Positions 44,378 to 53,864 of a stretch of 64,000 bases of DNA are shown here, one piece after another. The notes below the pieces were generated by a model that was given only the letters and a program-made list of their open reading frames with translations, was not told the DNA's origin and ran no database searches. Made by a program: the position numbers and the translations under genes. Positions within the stretch are counted from its first letter, which is position 1, and each line of letters begins with the position of its first letter. This DNA comes from Escherichia virus KFS-EC. The stretch lies in sequence record MH560358; one strand, written 5' to 3'.

Positions 44378-46486
44378 TTAAAATTTAACATTCTTAACCA
44401 GTTTCATAAAGTCTTGTGCGCGTTTGTCATTATGCAGAATACGATACCAGTTATCTACAATATCATACAGTAACGGGCTATTCTCTTTAAACTTCGCACA
44501 AACTGCTTTAATTCGTTCGTTTGCTACCGTGAATTTTTCATCACAAATCTTTTTAGTTTCTTCGTCCATAATCCAACGAGTACGAAGGAGTAACTTGGAA
44601 ACCTCTTTATTATAATGACGACCGTACAGTCTGTCAATAAATTCTGGAACACAGCGTTCTAGTTCATCGTCATGAAACAACATAGTGATCACACCCAGAT
44701 ATTCGCCATACCCCAGATGATTGGTCTTAACCTTCTTAGCCAGACCAGCCAGCTTACCGCAAACAAATTCTAGCGCACATTCCAATTGTTCGTCAACGAG
44801 ATATTTTTGTGTCTCGTTTCGAGTAATAATATACTTTGTTACCCCGAAGTAGTCAAGCGCCGTGTGTAATGTATTTTCACTATGGATCGATTTACGACTA
44901 CGGCTTTCGAATGCATCACCTACGCGGAACATGTGCAAGCCTGATAACTCGCGAATCTCTGCCGCTTTCATGTGATGGCTGGTTTTATGCCAATTGTCAC
45001 CAATCTTTTCCATAATATACACGTTAGGCAGCTTGGGAGTAGCTTCACGTTGTGTACGCTCGGTCTTTTCCGGTTTAACTGCTTTAGCACGCAGATCATC
45101 GGCCTCAGACACTTTAATCACGGTCATTTCAGAATCATCATAATACTGTTTGATGTACTCGAAAGTCTCCATATGTTTTTCGTTGTTCTGACGGAACACC
45201 AGTACCTTTTTATTGATTCCGTATTCCTGGACCATGCCGTTAAGAGTCAGTGCACGCAGTTTCGGTTTATCTGTATCATCAATAAGACACGTAATATCTT
45301 CTTTATGCATCCATACAAAATGCGTAATGTTGTATTGACTGCTAACGAAAGCAGGGCGCAATTTACTGATTGTGTGACGAGTACGATACAGAGTATACAC
45401 CTGACCTTCTACGTCATTTGGCGAATCTTTACCAGCATTCACAAACTTATTATAGATTGCTACCGGATCATCCCACTGACCGATCTTACCCATCTTGCTA
45501 ATAATATTGCGTTGCGTCGATGAATACTCGCTCATAAATTGAGCAAGTTTACGCTCTGTTTTAATGTTGGCGATCTTTTCTTTAACCTTTTCCAACATCA
45601 TTTCATTGATTTCTGCAATGCGTTTTTCGATGTTCGCTTTAGTCTCAATTGACAAGTGAACTTCTTCACGCGATGGCATAAGGTCCAGATCACCCAACTC
45701 AAAATTAATGTAAATGGTCTGGTGCTGGCGGTTTACAGCTTCTAACCATGTTCCGCGAACATATTCATACGGGATCGGATACTGGATCTTACCCATGATT
45801 GCATATACTACATAGGAATCGTTATCACGCCCATTACAAACATAATAATTATCAAAGCTAGGGAAATAATTAATTTCGATTGCATTGATATTAGGTTTGT
45901 GTTCCCCAAAATGACGCAGTACAAATTGCGCTTCTCGATGCCATGTCTGAATGTCTTTTTCTTTCACCGGAATAGTGATTTTCAGACCATTGTCTTCATA
46001 GGTCGGTTCGTCGAAAATCTGCACCATTTTCGGCATCGAGTTTTGCACAAATGCCGTAAAGCCATAAGCGCGACCATTGTAATAGTTTACGATTGTAAAG
46101 GTGTCGGTATAGCTATAAGCAGATTTCGCACCTAAACCAAAAGATCCGATATAATCATTAGTCTGGTCTTTTGTTGATTCAAAGTAAACCGTAAACAGTT
46201 GTTCTAATTCTTTCTTAGACGGAATACCAGTACCATAATCACGCACAGAAAAATACGGTTCGATTGCAGTCGGTAAATGAATATCAAACGGACGATCTAA
46301 GGTTCCGGCTTCTTTGTGAGTGTCGGTAGCATTGCACGAATACTCACGGACGCAAGCACGCTCACAATATTGATAAGTGTTCTTAGAAAGCACCATAAAA
46401 GCCTTGCTACTTGCTTTCAGTGAAAAATCAACCGCACCGCTCAAGTCACTGCCAAATACTTCTTCATTATCAATATGCATTTTCAT
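44378..46486 (-). CDS. rIIA: rIIA-like protein
   Basis: 702 aa; N-terminal GHKL-like ATPase region (GTGIP, GxGxKS); position between topoisomerase gene and rIIB. Confidence 0.75.
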   Translation of the reverse strand: MKMHIDNEEVFGSDLSGAVDFSLKASSKAFMVLSKNTYQYCERACVREYSCNATDTHKEAGTLDRPFDIHLPTAIEPYFSVRDYGTGIPSKKELEQLFTVYFESTKDQTNDYIGSFGLGAKSAYSYTDTFTIVNYYNGRAYGFTAFVQNSMPKMVQIFDEPTYEDNGLKITIPVKEKDIQTWHREAQFVLRHFGEHKPNINAIEINYFPSFDNYYVCNGRDNDSYVVYAIMGKIQYPIPYEYVRGTWLEAVNRQHQTIYINFELGDLDLMPSREEVHLSIETKANIEKRIAEINEMMLEKVKEKIANIKTERKLAQFMSEYSSTQRNIISKMGKIGQWDDPVAIYNKFVNAGKDSPNDVEGQVYTLYRTRHTISKLRPAFVSSQYNITHFVWMHKEDITCLIDDTDKPKLRALTLNGMVQEYGINKKVLVFRQNNEKHMETFEYIKQYYDDSEMTVIKVSEADDLRAKAVKPEKTERTQREATPKLPNVYIMEKIGDNWHKTSHHMKAAEIRELSGLHMFRVGDAFESRSRKSIHSENTLHTALDYFGVTKYIITRNETQKYLVDEQLECALEFVCGKLAGLAKKVKTNHLGYGEYLGVITMLFHDDELERCVPEFIDRLYGRHYNKEVSKLLLRTRWIMDEETKKICDEKFTVANERIKAVCAKFKENSPLLYDIVDNWYRILHNDKRAQDFMKLVKNVKF

Positions 46487-46500
46487 AATATAATCCTCAC

Positions 46501-46758
46501 TTAATTAAAATCTTCTTTGTCCATCTCTGCGTAGATTACATCCCACGCCCATAAATCAATAAACGCATTATATGTCACGGTGCAATCGTTGTCAATCACT
46601 TCTTTCGCATATTTCTTGATGTTTTCGTAGGAAACTTGCGGATCAATTTTGTGTTTACGAAGGTGTGCATATTCATACCTCAAACATTTCATAAACAGGT
46701 CCATCGATTTCTTTTCTCGATGACACTTGGCGATCAGAAAATCAAAACTTCGACTCAT
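46501..46758 (-). CDS. hypothetical protein (85 aa)
   Basis: ORF track. Confidence 0.4.
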   Translation of the reverse strand: MSRSFDFLIAKCHREKKSMDLFMKCLRYEYAHLRKHKIDPQVSYENIKKYAKEVIDNDCTVTYNAFIDLWAWDVIYAEMDKEDFN

Positions 46759-46768
46759 TTTCTACTCC

Positions 46769-46963
46769 TTATACATTTTCAATCACCCATTGCAGATGGG
46801 CTTCTGCGTCAACCAGTTCAGCGCGGCTTTTCTCTAAACACTTGCTGTATTCTTTACGTTCCCAATCAGCAATTTCGTTTTTCAGGACTTCTTCATAGTA
46901 AGCAATTACGCCTTTCAGGTCTGAAACTTTACGGCTTGCCAGTTCGATGTAATGGTTACGCAT
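46769..46963 (-). CDS. hypothetical small protein (64 aa)
   Basis: ORF track; GGAGAATCAAAATG leader. Confidence 0.35.
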   Translation of the reverse strand: MRNHYIELASRKVSDLKGVIAYYEEVLKNEIADWERKEYSKCLEKSRAELVDAEAHLQWVIENV

Positions 46964-47150
46964 TTTGATTCTCCTTTGTTACTAGATAACGAATTTGGTC
47001 TTGCATTGCGATCAGTTCCCAGCGTGCTACTTTCATCATGGAAACCGACTCTTTGAACATAATATTAGCTTTTTCCTTATTCCCTGTCAAGTAGATTTCT
47101 GCAATTTTTTCACAAAATTTTTGAGTTTCTTCATTCTTAAACGGTTTCAT
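46956..47150 (-). CDS. hypothetical small protein (64 aa)
   Basis: ORF-track frame; start moved to ATG (track start is TTG). Confidence 0.35.
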   Translation of the reverse strand: MKPFKNEETQKFCEKIAEIYLTGNKEKANIMFKESVSMMKVARWELIAMQDQIRYLVTKENQNA

Positions 47151-47180
47151 ATAAGTCAACCTTTTGTTTTCGATGGGGAC

Positions 47181-47209
47181 ATTATGATATATCCCCGATC
47201 CAGTGTCAA
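47181..47209 (-). promoter_or_regulatory. sigma70-like promoter TTGACA-N17-CATAAT; flanking GGGGA...TCCCC inverted repeat
   Basis: Upstream of gene 46956-47150. Confidence 0.45.
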
Positions 47210-47216
47210 CAGATTT

Positions 47217-47516
47217 TTAATCTTTTTTCAGTACATCCATTACTCGCTCTGCGATCAGTTCTCGTAAGCACTGATAACCATGATATTTGATGGCAATGTC
47301 ACGCAGATCATTAACCAGTTCCCGTACTTCATGGTCTTTCAGATCGTCTCTGTATTTCGATTTAACCGTGTCTTTAGGTGGACTGTGGATAACCTGAAAA
47401 CCTTGTTCTGCAATCACTGCGGCTTCTCGCTGGCGTTCATGTTGTACTGTATTTTTGATCAGGTCTGCTTCCATGAACTTTGCCATACTCATCATCATGT
47501 TATTCTTTTTGCTCAT
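47217..47516 (-). CDS. hypothetical protein (99 aa)
   Basis: ORF-track frame; start at internal ATG with SD GAGGA. Confidence 0.4.
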   Translation of the reverse strand: MSKKNNMMMSMAKFMEADLIKNTVQHERQREAAVIAEQGFQVIHSPPKDTVKSKYRDDLKDHEVRELVNDLRDIAIKYHGYQCLRELIAERVMDVLKKD

Positions 47517-47550
47517 TATTAAATCCTCATAAAAGAAAAGGGAGACTCCC

Positions 47551-47578
47551 ATTATAGAGAATCTCCCTTGTATGTCAA
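47551..47578 (-). promoter_or_regulatory. sigma70-like promoter TTGACA-N16-TATAAT
   Basis: Just downstream of topoisomerase gene stop on minus strand. Confidence 0.5.
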
Positions 47579-47581
47579 GTG

Positions 47582-49405
47582 TTATGATTGCATCCAAATT
47601 TTGCGTTGATCTGCATCTTCACTATAGAGCAAATCGAATAGCTCTTTATAGTTTTCCGGCAACGTGATGATCTCCATGACAGGATCGTTGATCACGCGAT
47701 GATAGTCTGATTCTGTGAGCGATGCTAAACCTTTGATATATCGAATGTTGTAACCTTTGATATTATCTCGGTCGTTCTCGAAATCTTCTAGGTCATAATA
47801 CCATCGAACATCATCACCTTTCTTTGGTTCCGCAATGATAATAGGTGTTTTGATAAACCGGATTCGTCCATCTTCGAACAATTCAGGCCAACGTGCAAAG
47901 AAAGAGATCAGACTAGGTTTAATAGACCCGATGCCGTCAGTATCAGCGTCAGTCATAATCGCAATATTTTTGTATTGCATAACTTCCAATGCATCAACAC
48001 CAAATTGCAAGCCAGTGATCGCCATGATGTTAAAAATTTCGGCGTTCTTAACGATCTTTGCCTCCGGTTGTTCCCACGTTGTAAGAGTTTTGCCTCGCAA
48101 CGGGAAACCGCCATGTAAATCTTGGTCACGTACAGAGATCAGATAGTTGATCGCGGAATCACCTTCCGTCAAAAACAGGGTAGTTTCTGCGTCAGTTCCA
48201 ATAAGGTTAGCTTTAACGTGTTTTGACACCTTAGCCCGTTTTGCTGCCTTTGCTGCCTTAGTCGCTGCCGCTTTATCTGCTGCCTCTTTGCGTGCCAGGA
48301 CTACAGCAATAATAGGCATGATAATGTTTTCTTTCTTCGCAATGACTTTAGCCAGCTTTTTAAAATCAAGATCAATATGACGCTTGATATCACCAGTCGG
48401 GTTAGTCAAGCGTTCTTTTGTCTGTGAATCAAAACGAAGGTTAGGCAATTCACGAACAATAAGAATACAGGTCAATCCAGATTTAACCGCAGCTTTAGTA
48501 ACATCAACCTTATATTCTTTCTTGATTCGTTTTACAATCTCTTCACAAAGATCATCTGTCACATAATCAACGTGTGTTCCCCCGTTTTTGGTAAACAGAC
48601 CGTTAGCAAAGGATACTGATTTAAAACCTTCTCCCTCGACCGCCGGAACTAGGGCAAGTGAAAAGTTTTTATCTTCAATGACAAACGGATCATCATTGTA
48701 TAGTTTAGCATAATCCTTGAACTTACTAACAATACGTTTACCATTAAACTTAAACGTGATCTTAGGAAATATTACGCTCAATGATTGCAGACGATCATGA
48801 ACAATATCTAAAACAGAGTTGTCCATCATATAACCTTCGAAGTGGTCGAAGTCTGGACAAAATGTAACCTTCGTTCCCTTCAATTTTGATGGTTTTGATG
48901 ACCATGTGACATTTTCAGCACCGTTTGTGCATTGAACGGTCATTTCTGTTTCGCCGTCACAGGTCACACCAGTAAACCAATCGCTAAAGAAATTTGATAA
49001 CGACGACCCAACACCGTTCATCCCTTGCGTTAATCGATTGGTATCATCAAAGTTAGACCCTGCTTTTGTTCGTGTCCATGCGGCTACAGGTTGCGGAATC
49101 TGCGTACCCTCTGGGGTAGTAACCATATGTTGAGGAATACCGCGACCATTGTCTGTTACCGTAACAATATTGTTTTGGATATCGACGCTAATCACATTGG
49201 CAAATTCAAAGTTAGTGCGGATCGCCTCGTCTACAGAGTTGTCGATGATCTCATCAATGATTTTAACCAGTCCTGGAACATATGAAATTTTTGTCCATTT
49301 ACCGAACAGGAAACGTTGATGTTCTTCGTAAGTTGTTGATCCTATATACATTCCTGCACGCTTAAGGACATGTTCACGATCAGATAAAATGCGAAACTCA
49401 CTCAT
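47582..49405 (-). CDS. 39: DNA topoisomerase II large subunit (GyrB-like), single ORF covering the T4 gene 39 and gene 60 parts
   Basis: 607 aa; GHKL motifs EIIDNSVDEA and DNGRGIP; TOPRIM region; uninterrupted. Confidence 0.9.
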   Translation of the reverse strand: MSEFRILSDREHVLKRAGMYIGSTTYEEHQRFLFGKWTKISYVPGLVKIIDEIIDNSVDEAIRTNFEFANVISVDIQNNIVTVTDNGRGIPQHMVTTPEGTQIPQPVAAWTRTKAGSNFDDTNRLTQGMNGVGSSLSNFFSDWFTGVTCDGETEMTVQCTNGAENVTWSSKPSKLKGTKVTFCPDFDHFEGYMMDNSVLDIVHDRLQSLSVIFPKITFKFNGKRIVSKFKDYAKLYNDDPFVIEDKNFSLALVPAVEGEGFKSVSFANGLFTKNGGTHVDYVTDDLCEEIVKRIKKEYKVDVTKAAVKSGLTCILIVRELPNLRFDSQTKERLTNPTGDIKRHIDLDFKKLAKVIAKKENIIMPIIAVVLARKEAADKAAATKAAKAAKRAKVSKHVKANLIGTDAETTLFLTEGDSAINYLISVRDQDLHGGFPLRGKTLTTWEQPEAKIVKNAEIFNIMAITGLQFGVDALEVMQYKNIAIMTDADTDGIGSIKPSLISFFARWPELFEDGRIRFIKTPIIIAEPKKGDDVRWYYDLEDFENDRDNIKGYNIRYIKGLASLTESDYHRVINDPVMEIITLPENYKELFDLLYSEDADQRKIWMQS

Positions 49406-49504
49406 TATTAAACCTCTTCATAACATAACCATAACTTACTGCAACCGCCACAAAGACGGCTGCAACAATCATATTAAAAATTGAGTGATTGTCAAGTATA
49501 TGAC

Positions 49505-49678
49505 TCATGACACGCGCACATTTTTATCATAGTACCCGCCATTAATCCCGCGCGGGGCAGTTAATCCCTGTTTGCATTCTTTACCACATTCAGGGCATTC
49601 TGCCTTTTCACGCTCGGAAATTTTGCGGATTTTCTGAAATTGACCGTGTTCTTCACAAGAATAATCGTATAATGGCAT
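49505..49678 (-). CDS. FmdB-family zinc-ribbon small protein
   Basis: MPLYDYSCEEHG...CPECGKEC; start at internal ATG. Confidence 0.45.
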   Translation of the reverse strand: MPLYDYSCEEHGQFQKIRKISEREKAECPECGKECKQGLTAPRGINGGYYDKNVRVS

Positions 49679-49679
49679 A

Positions 49680-50348
49680 TTATCCCCTTTGTTTCTTAAC
49701 TGAATTTGGATCTGGATTTTCTGGTAGGTCTTCCAGACCCATAGCATAACGTTGTGCATAGATTAGCATAAGAATATCGCGAGCGCAATCATGAATTGCA
49801 TCATGTGCGATAAAACCATCTAGCGTACCCATTGGTAACGGACACTCACACATCCCGCGATGCATCAATGTACGCTCAATGGCGGTGCGAACATCTCGGA
49901 TATTCCAGAATCGCACAGGTTCAAGGCTGAACGTCTCTCGTGTATTGTGTGCACGGCGGATCATATCAACTAGTAACGGAATATCAAACGCATTACCGCG
50001 TGACCACAATACGGATTTAACCGGATCTACTCCTACGGCTTCATAGAATGCGTTAAAACGCGCTAAACCTTCTTTAGTTGATACTTCCGTACCATTTGTG
50101 ATTAATTGCTTTCTCATGCCTTCTGAGGCGGTATTCTTCCACCATTCAACCACACCATGATCAAACACCCTTACACCTTTCTGGGAAGGAATATCAAATT
50201 TTACCAGAAAGGAATTGTCAACCAGTTCTTTAAATGTAGGTGGATTGTGCGGATCTTCTTTAAATCCGATTGCCGCCATATTGATAACCGCCCCATCAGG
50301 CGGATAACCTAAACTTTCAAAGTCAATCATTAAATCCACTGGAAGCAT
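49680..50348 (-). CDS. dexA: DEDDh 3'-5' exonuclease (DexA-like)
   Basis: MIDFESLG (DxE) and HDAIHD motifs; start at internal ATG with SD GGAGGA. Confidence 0.8.
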   Translation of the reverse strand: MLPVDLMIDFESLGYPPDGAVINMAAIGFKEDPHNPPTFKELVDNSFLVKFDIPSQKGVRVFDHGVVEWWKNTASEGMRKQLITNGTEVSTKEGLARFNAFYEAVGVDPVKSVLWSRGNAFDIPLLVDMIRRAHNTRETFSLEPVRFWNIRDVRTAIERTLMHRGMCECPLPMGTLDGFIAHDAIHDCARDILMLIYAQRYAMGLEDLPENPDPNSVKKQRG

Positions 50349-50349
50349 T

Positions 50350-50589
50350 TTAAATATCCTCCGCGATGTGCCGGAATAACTCCAGATCATTTTTATCTAA
50401 CACTAGATTGCATTTGGTTGACCGATAATTGCAAACATTAATCAGTAAACTTTCCATCGCCTGTACCGACTGTACTTTATGTCGAAAAGACATTACATGT
50501 TGTGCATAATCAGCGTGAATTTTATCACGATGGAATGTTACGATGGCATCTAAACATAACAGTTTATCAATTTCATCAATAATCATCAT
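50350..50589 (-). CDS. hypothetical protein (79 aa)
   Basis: ORF track. Confidence 0.35.
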   Translation of the reverse strand: MMIIDEIDKLLCLDAIVTFHRDKIHADYAQHVMSFRHKVQSVQAMESLLINVCNYRSTKCNLVLDKNDLELFRHIAEDI

Positions 50590-50590
50590 A

Positions 50591-50773
50591 TCAGTAACCC
50601 CGCTTAGTGAAGTGATCTATCATGGAATTAATACAATCGGCCTCGCTGATTCCAGATATACCCCATCCGTAGTTACCCCACCTGAAATGCATGTATACAC
50701 ATTCGCCATGATACGATACTTTCACTTCGTCAAATTCTGGGATACTTCGCATAATCATAATAATATTCCTCAA
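50591..50773 (-). CDS. hypothetical small protein (60 aa)
   Basis: ORF track; ATGA overlap with dda. Confidence 0.35.
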   Translation of the reverse strand: MRNIIMIMRSIPEFDEVKVSYHGECVYMHFRWGNYGWGISGISEADCINSMIDHFTKRGY

Positions 50774-52161
50774 ATATAGTCTACACGATACCGAGCACGG
50801 GTAACACCAACATATAATAACTGCATTGCCAATTCAAAGTCAACATTGTCTGTACACATGCAAGGGGTATACAGGAACACGCGGTCTACGCTGATCCCTT
50901 GTGACTTATGAATGGTGCAAGCTGGTAATGCTTTTACATTCAAGAACATACGCCTCATCGTCCAGAAGGAATCCCAATCTGGTTTAAATTTTGGATTCTC
51001 TTTCTTCATTTCGCGATATTGTCCGGCGACCGTATTCAGATAGATAGAGAAAATGTTCTTCTGACGTTGTTCTGTCAGAATGTTGATTTCTACTAAATCC
51101 GGTTTATCTGTAGTGATTCCGACTGCATCTAAACCGACTTTCTGATTTAGGATTTCTTTGTCTTCGTCATCATCGACGCTTTCCACTTTCAGAGTATAGC
51201 CTAAAACTGGTTGCGGATCTACCCCCGTGCAACGTAATGTAAATTCGCGCGGGATGACCTCTTTAACTCGGATCATCTCACCATTGTTAAAAATAACATT
51301 GGGAATCTTCTTCCCGCGTTCATCTCGCAGATATTCGATCAACGGTTCCTGAGTAACCAGAATTTCATCTACAATCACTGGTTCATCGGTGTTATAAACG
51401 CGCTTACGTACAATTTCATTGAGTTTTTCGACGCTCTTGTTAGTGTAGGCCAGAATACGGTTTTCTAGAAGGTCTTCCGGCGTTTTAACGGTTTCGAAAT
51501 AATGCTTCATAAACTCCGGCAGAGTTGAGCTATGGAATACACCCTCGTTACCGCACTGCTTTTCGAATACCCATTTACCGTTACGGACAGCGGTCGCCAC
51601 ATCAATTATTGGCGCATTAGATCGTTTAATCTCTGTAAGTTCTACATTCTGGAACCTTTCATCGGTGAAGAAAGGAGAGATCGACGTTGCACCGCTCGTA
51701 TCAACTGGTCGTAACTGGTACAGATCACCCACAGCAATAATAACAATTCGACCGTTAATACTCTTCATGAGGATATCAAATAGTTTCTTATCGACCATAC
51801 TCGCTTCATCAACAATGATGATCTGAACATCATCAAGTTTAGGAGTATCTTTTTGCTCAAATACTTGAGTGTCTTCATAGTTGGTCGGATTGAGTCGCAG
51901 AAGTGCATGTAAGGTAAACGCTTGACGGCCTACCGCCTTACTCAAAACTTTTTTAGCCTGGTGGGTAGGCGTTGCCAAAACCACACCAGTTACACCACGG
52001 CGGACCATTTCCTGAACAATGAATTTCATCATTGCGGTTTTACCAGTACCCGCCGCACCACGGACAGTTGTATGCTTCTTTTGTTCAATACGTTTCATTA
52101 GAACATCAAAAGCATGTTTTTGCCCGTCTGTTAACATATCGAAAGTTAATACTCTGCTCAT
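50770..52161 (-). CDS. dda: SF1 DNA helicase (Dda-like)
   Basis: Walker A GAAGTGKT; 463 aa. Confidence 0.9.
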   Translation of the reverse strand: MSRVLTFDMLTDGQKHAFDVLMKRIEQKKHTTVRGAAGTGKTAMMKFIVQEMVRRGVTGVVLATPTHQAKKVLSKAVGRQAFTLHALLRLNPTNYEDTQVFEQKDTPKLDDVQIIIVDEASMVDKKLFDILMKSINGRIVIIAVGDLYQLRPVDTSGATSISPFFTDERFQNVELTEIKRSNAPIIDVATAVRNGKWVFEKQCGNEGVFHSSTLPEFMKHYFETVKTPEDLLENRILAYTNKSVEKLNEIVRKRVYNTDEPVIVDEILVTQEPLIEYLRDERGKKIPNVIFNNGEMIRVKEVIPREFTLRCTGVDPQPVLGYTLKVESVDDDEDKEILNQKVGLDAVGITTDKPDLVEINILTEQRQKNIFSIYLNTVAGQYREMKKENPKFKPDWDSFWTMRRMFLNVKALPACTIHKSQGISVDRVFLYTPCMCTDNVDFELAMQLLYVGVTRARYRVDYI

Positions 52162-52475
52162 TATCCTAAAATCCTCACCTTGCGAACACAGATAGTATTG
52201 AGTTCTCGCCGTACCCGTTCTTTTTCATATTCAGGAATTTTATATTCGATACCATCCCGAACAATTTCAGAAGACCGGATTATGCCAAATTTTCGTTTAG
52301 GTACAACCTTGTATTTCGGTTCACCCGCCAATAGACTCTCACAATAATCTATCTGATCACACATTGACGCTAACGCAGCATCATGTGTTTCGCAAGTTAG
52401 GACGCGACCCTTCGCGTCCACTGAGTATTGAAAGAATCCGTCTTTATCACGATAACATATAGCAAATACATGCAT
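52161..52475 (-). CDS. hypothetical protein (104 aa)
   Basis: ORF track; ATGA overlap with dda. Confidence 0.4.
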   Translation of the reverse strand: MHVFAICYRDKDGFFQYSVDAKGRVLTCETHDAALASMCDQIDYCESLLAGEPKYKVVPKRKFGIIRSSEIVRDGIEYKIPEYEKERVRRELNTICVRKVRILG

Positions 52476-53230
52476 TATAAACCTACCTTCGCTTTCATCA
52501 ATTCAATCCACGACGCATCAATCGGAAGCCCGTATTTCACGCGTTCTTTTTGTGCTGGCGTTAAGTTCTCATACTTAGAAAGAGATTCAATCAAAACGCT
52601 GGTATATTTTAGCACGATTTCGGTATTGTTTGCAATAGCCTTAAGTTTTTCTTCTTTCTTGTTGATTTCGCTAAGGGCTTGCTTGAGATCTGCAATTTTC
52701 TGATAACGTTCTTCCATACGGAAGAGAGTATTTTTAATCGCTCGCTCGGCTGCCTCTGCTTTCTCCGGTTCGTTGTGCTTTTTGTGGCGCTCGATTGCTA
52801 ATTTCTTTTCTTCGATTGCTATTTCCTGATTTTTGATGCGATTCTCGTTAAGTTCGATCCACTCGATGTACTTCGCACGTAGGGTAATTTCATCATCAGA
52901 AAGTTTACCGTTAGTTCCTAGTTCCTGGATCTCTTTAAGAGATTCGATAGTGTGATTGCCACGGAAAGAATTGTATTTCCGTTTAACCGGAATTACATTG
53001 CCATCAACATATCCTAGATTGCAATCAATGCGCTCTAAGGAGAGTCCATCATCACCTTCACCGAACGCTTCACCTGAATATGCGCAATGAGTCTGACGGT
53101 AAATGTTACGCACAGTGACTAAGCTCATAGAGAAGTCTTTGTTGCGACGTGAAGCGCCAGTCATGATAGAGTTCAGACGGAAAACAACCAGCGCCAATTC
53201 TTCGTTAGATTTAAAAGCAAACAGTTTCAT
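52475..53230 (-). CDS. hypothetical protein with degenerate HNH-like N-terminal region and C-terminal coiled coil
   Basis: HCAYSGEAF...LSLERIDCNLGYVDGNVIPV pattern; 251 aa; own promoter. Confidence 0.4.
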   Translation of the reverse strand: MKLFAFKSNEELALVVFRLNSIMTGASRRNKDFSMSLVTVRNIYRQTHCAYSGEAFGEGDDGLSLERIDCNLGYVDGNVIPVKRKYNSFRGNHTIESLKEIQELGTNGKLSDDEITLRAKYIEWIELNENRIKNQEIAIEEKKLAIERHKKHNEPEKAEAAERAIKNTLFRMEERYQKIADLKQALSEINKKEEKLKAIANNTEIVLKYTSVLIESLSKYENLTPAQKERVKYGLPIDASWIELMKAKVGL

Positions 53231-53259
53231 AATTGATTCTCCTTAGTTGGTATGTGTGT

Positions 53260-53288
53260 ATTATTGTCTATCTGGTTTGTGCTGTCAA
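53260..53288 (-). promoter_or_regulatory. sigma70-like promoter TTGACA-N17-AATAAT
   Basis: Upstream of gene 52475-53230 with GGAGAATCAATT leader. Confidence 0.45.
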
Positions 53289-53291
53289 CAC

Positions 53292-53795
53292 TTAAATTAA
53301 AGAAAATTTGTAAATCTCTATCAGATCGCCATTACACGCGTAAACTTCCTCGATCTCATCAAGGATCATGGTCGTCCCTGTCTTGTATATGCACTCGCGC
53401 TCATCTGCCAACATAGCATACAAAGACAGTCGAGTAGTTGGATTGTCATACTCTTTAGACACCACTCGGTCAATAGCATGTTCGTAATAATTCATGCAAG
53501 GCTTGGTAGGTTTTATTGCAATAATCTTTCCTGTTGCATAAACATCGGTTGCAAAGTCCTCTGCTGTTGATTGCAGTGGCGTAAAGCTCATAGGACGCTC
53601 TACAACGAAAGAATCACCCACAATTAAGGTATCCAGCTTACGGCCTTCTCTTTTGCTCACACCGCGATACAAGGCTTCATGATGCACTAACCGCTCAGTC
53701 TTTTCGATCAATCCATTAAGGATCGACATATCGATATTTTCTTTAGAGTTCATCACTTCATCAATGATGTTAAGTTCTTCTGGTGTAAATTGCAT
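53292..53795 (-). CDS. hypothetical protein (167 aa)
   Basis: ORF track. Confidence 0.4.
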   Translation of the reverse strand: MQFTPEELNIIDEVMNSKENIDMSILNGLIEKTERLVHHEALYRGVSKREGRKLDTLIVGDSFVVERPMSFTPLQSTAEDFATDVYATGKIIAIKPTKPCMNYYEHAIDRVVSKEYDNPTTRLSLYAMLADERECIYKTGTTMILDEIEEVYACNGDLIEIYKFSLI

Positions 53796-53864
53796 AATAA
53801 AAAAGCCTCCAATCTTTCGACGGGAGGCATAATAAAACCATTATAGAGTAGTGTCAACTAATTT

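Noticed and set aside
1522-47578. Possible CRISPR array, given many short near-identical palindromic repeats
   Set aside because: Repeats are irregularly spaced over tens of kb, each sits between TTGACA and a -10 hexamer directly upstream of a gene, and there are no uniform spacers; they are promoter/leader hairpins.
47582-49405. Gene 60-type translational bypass element
   Set aside because: The topoisomerase subunit is one continuous ORF; no internal stop or gap.
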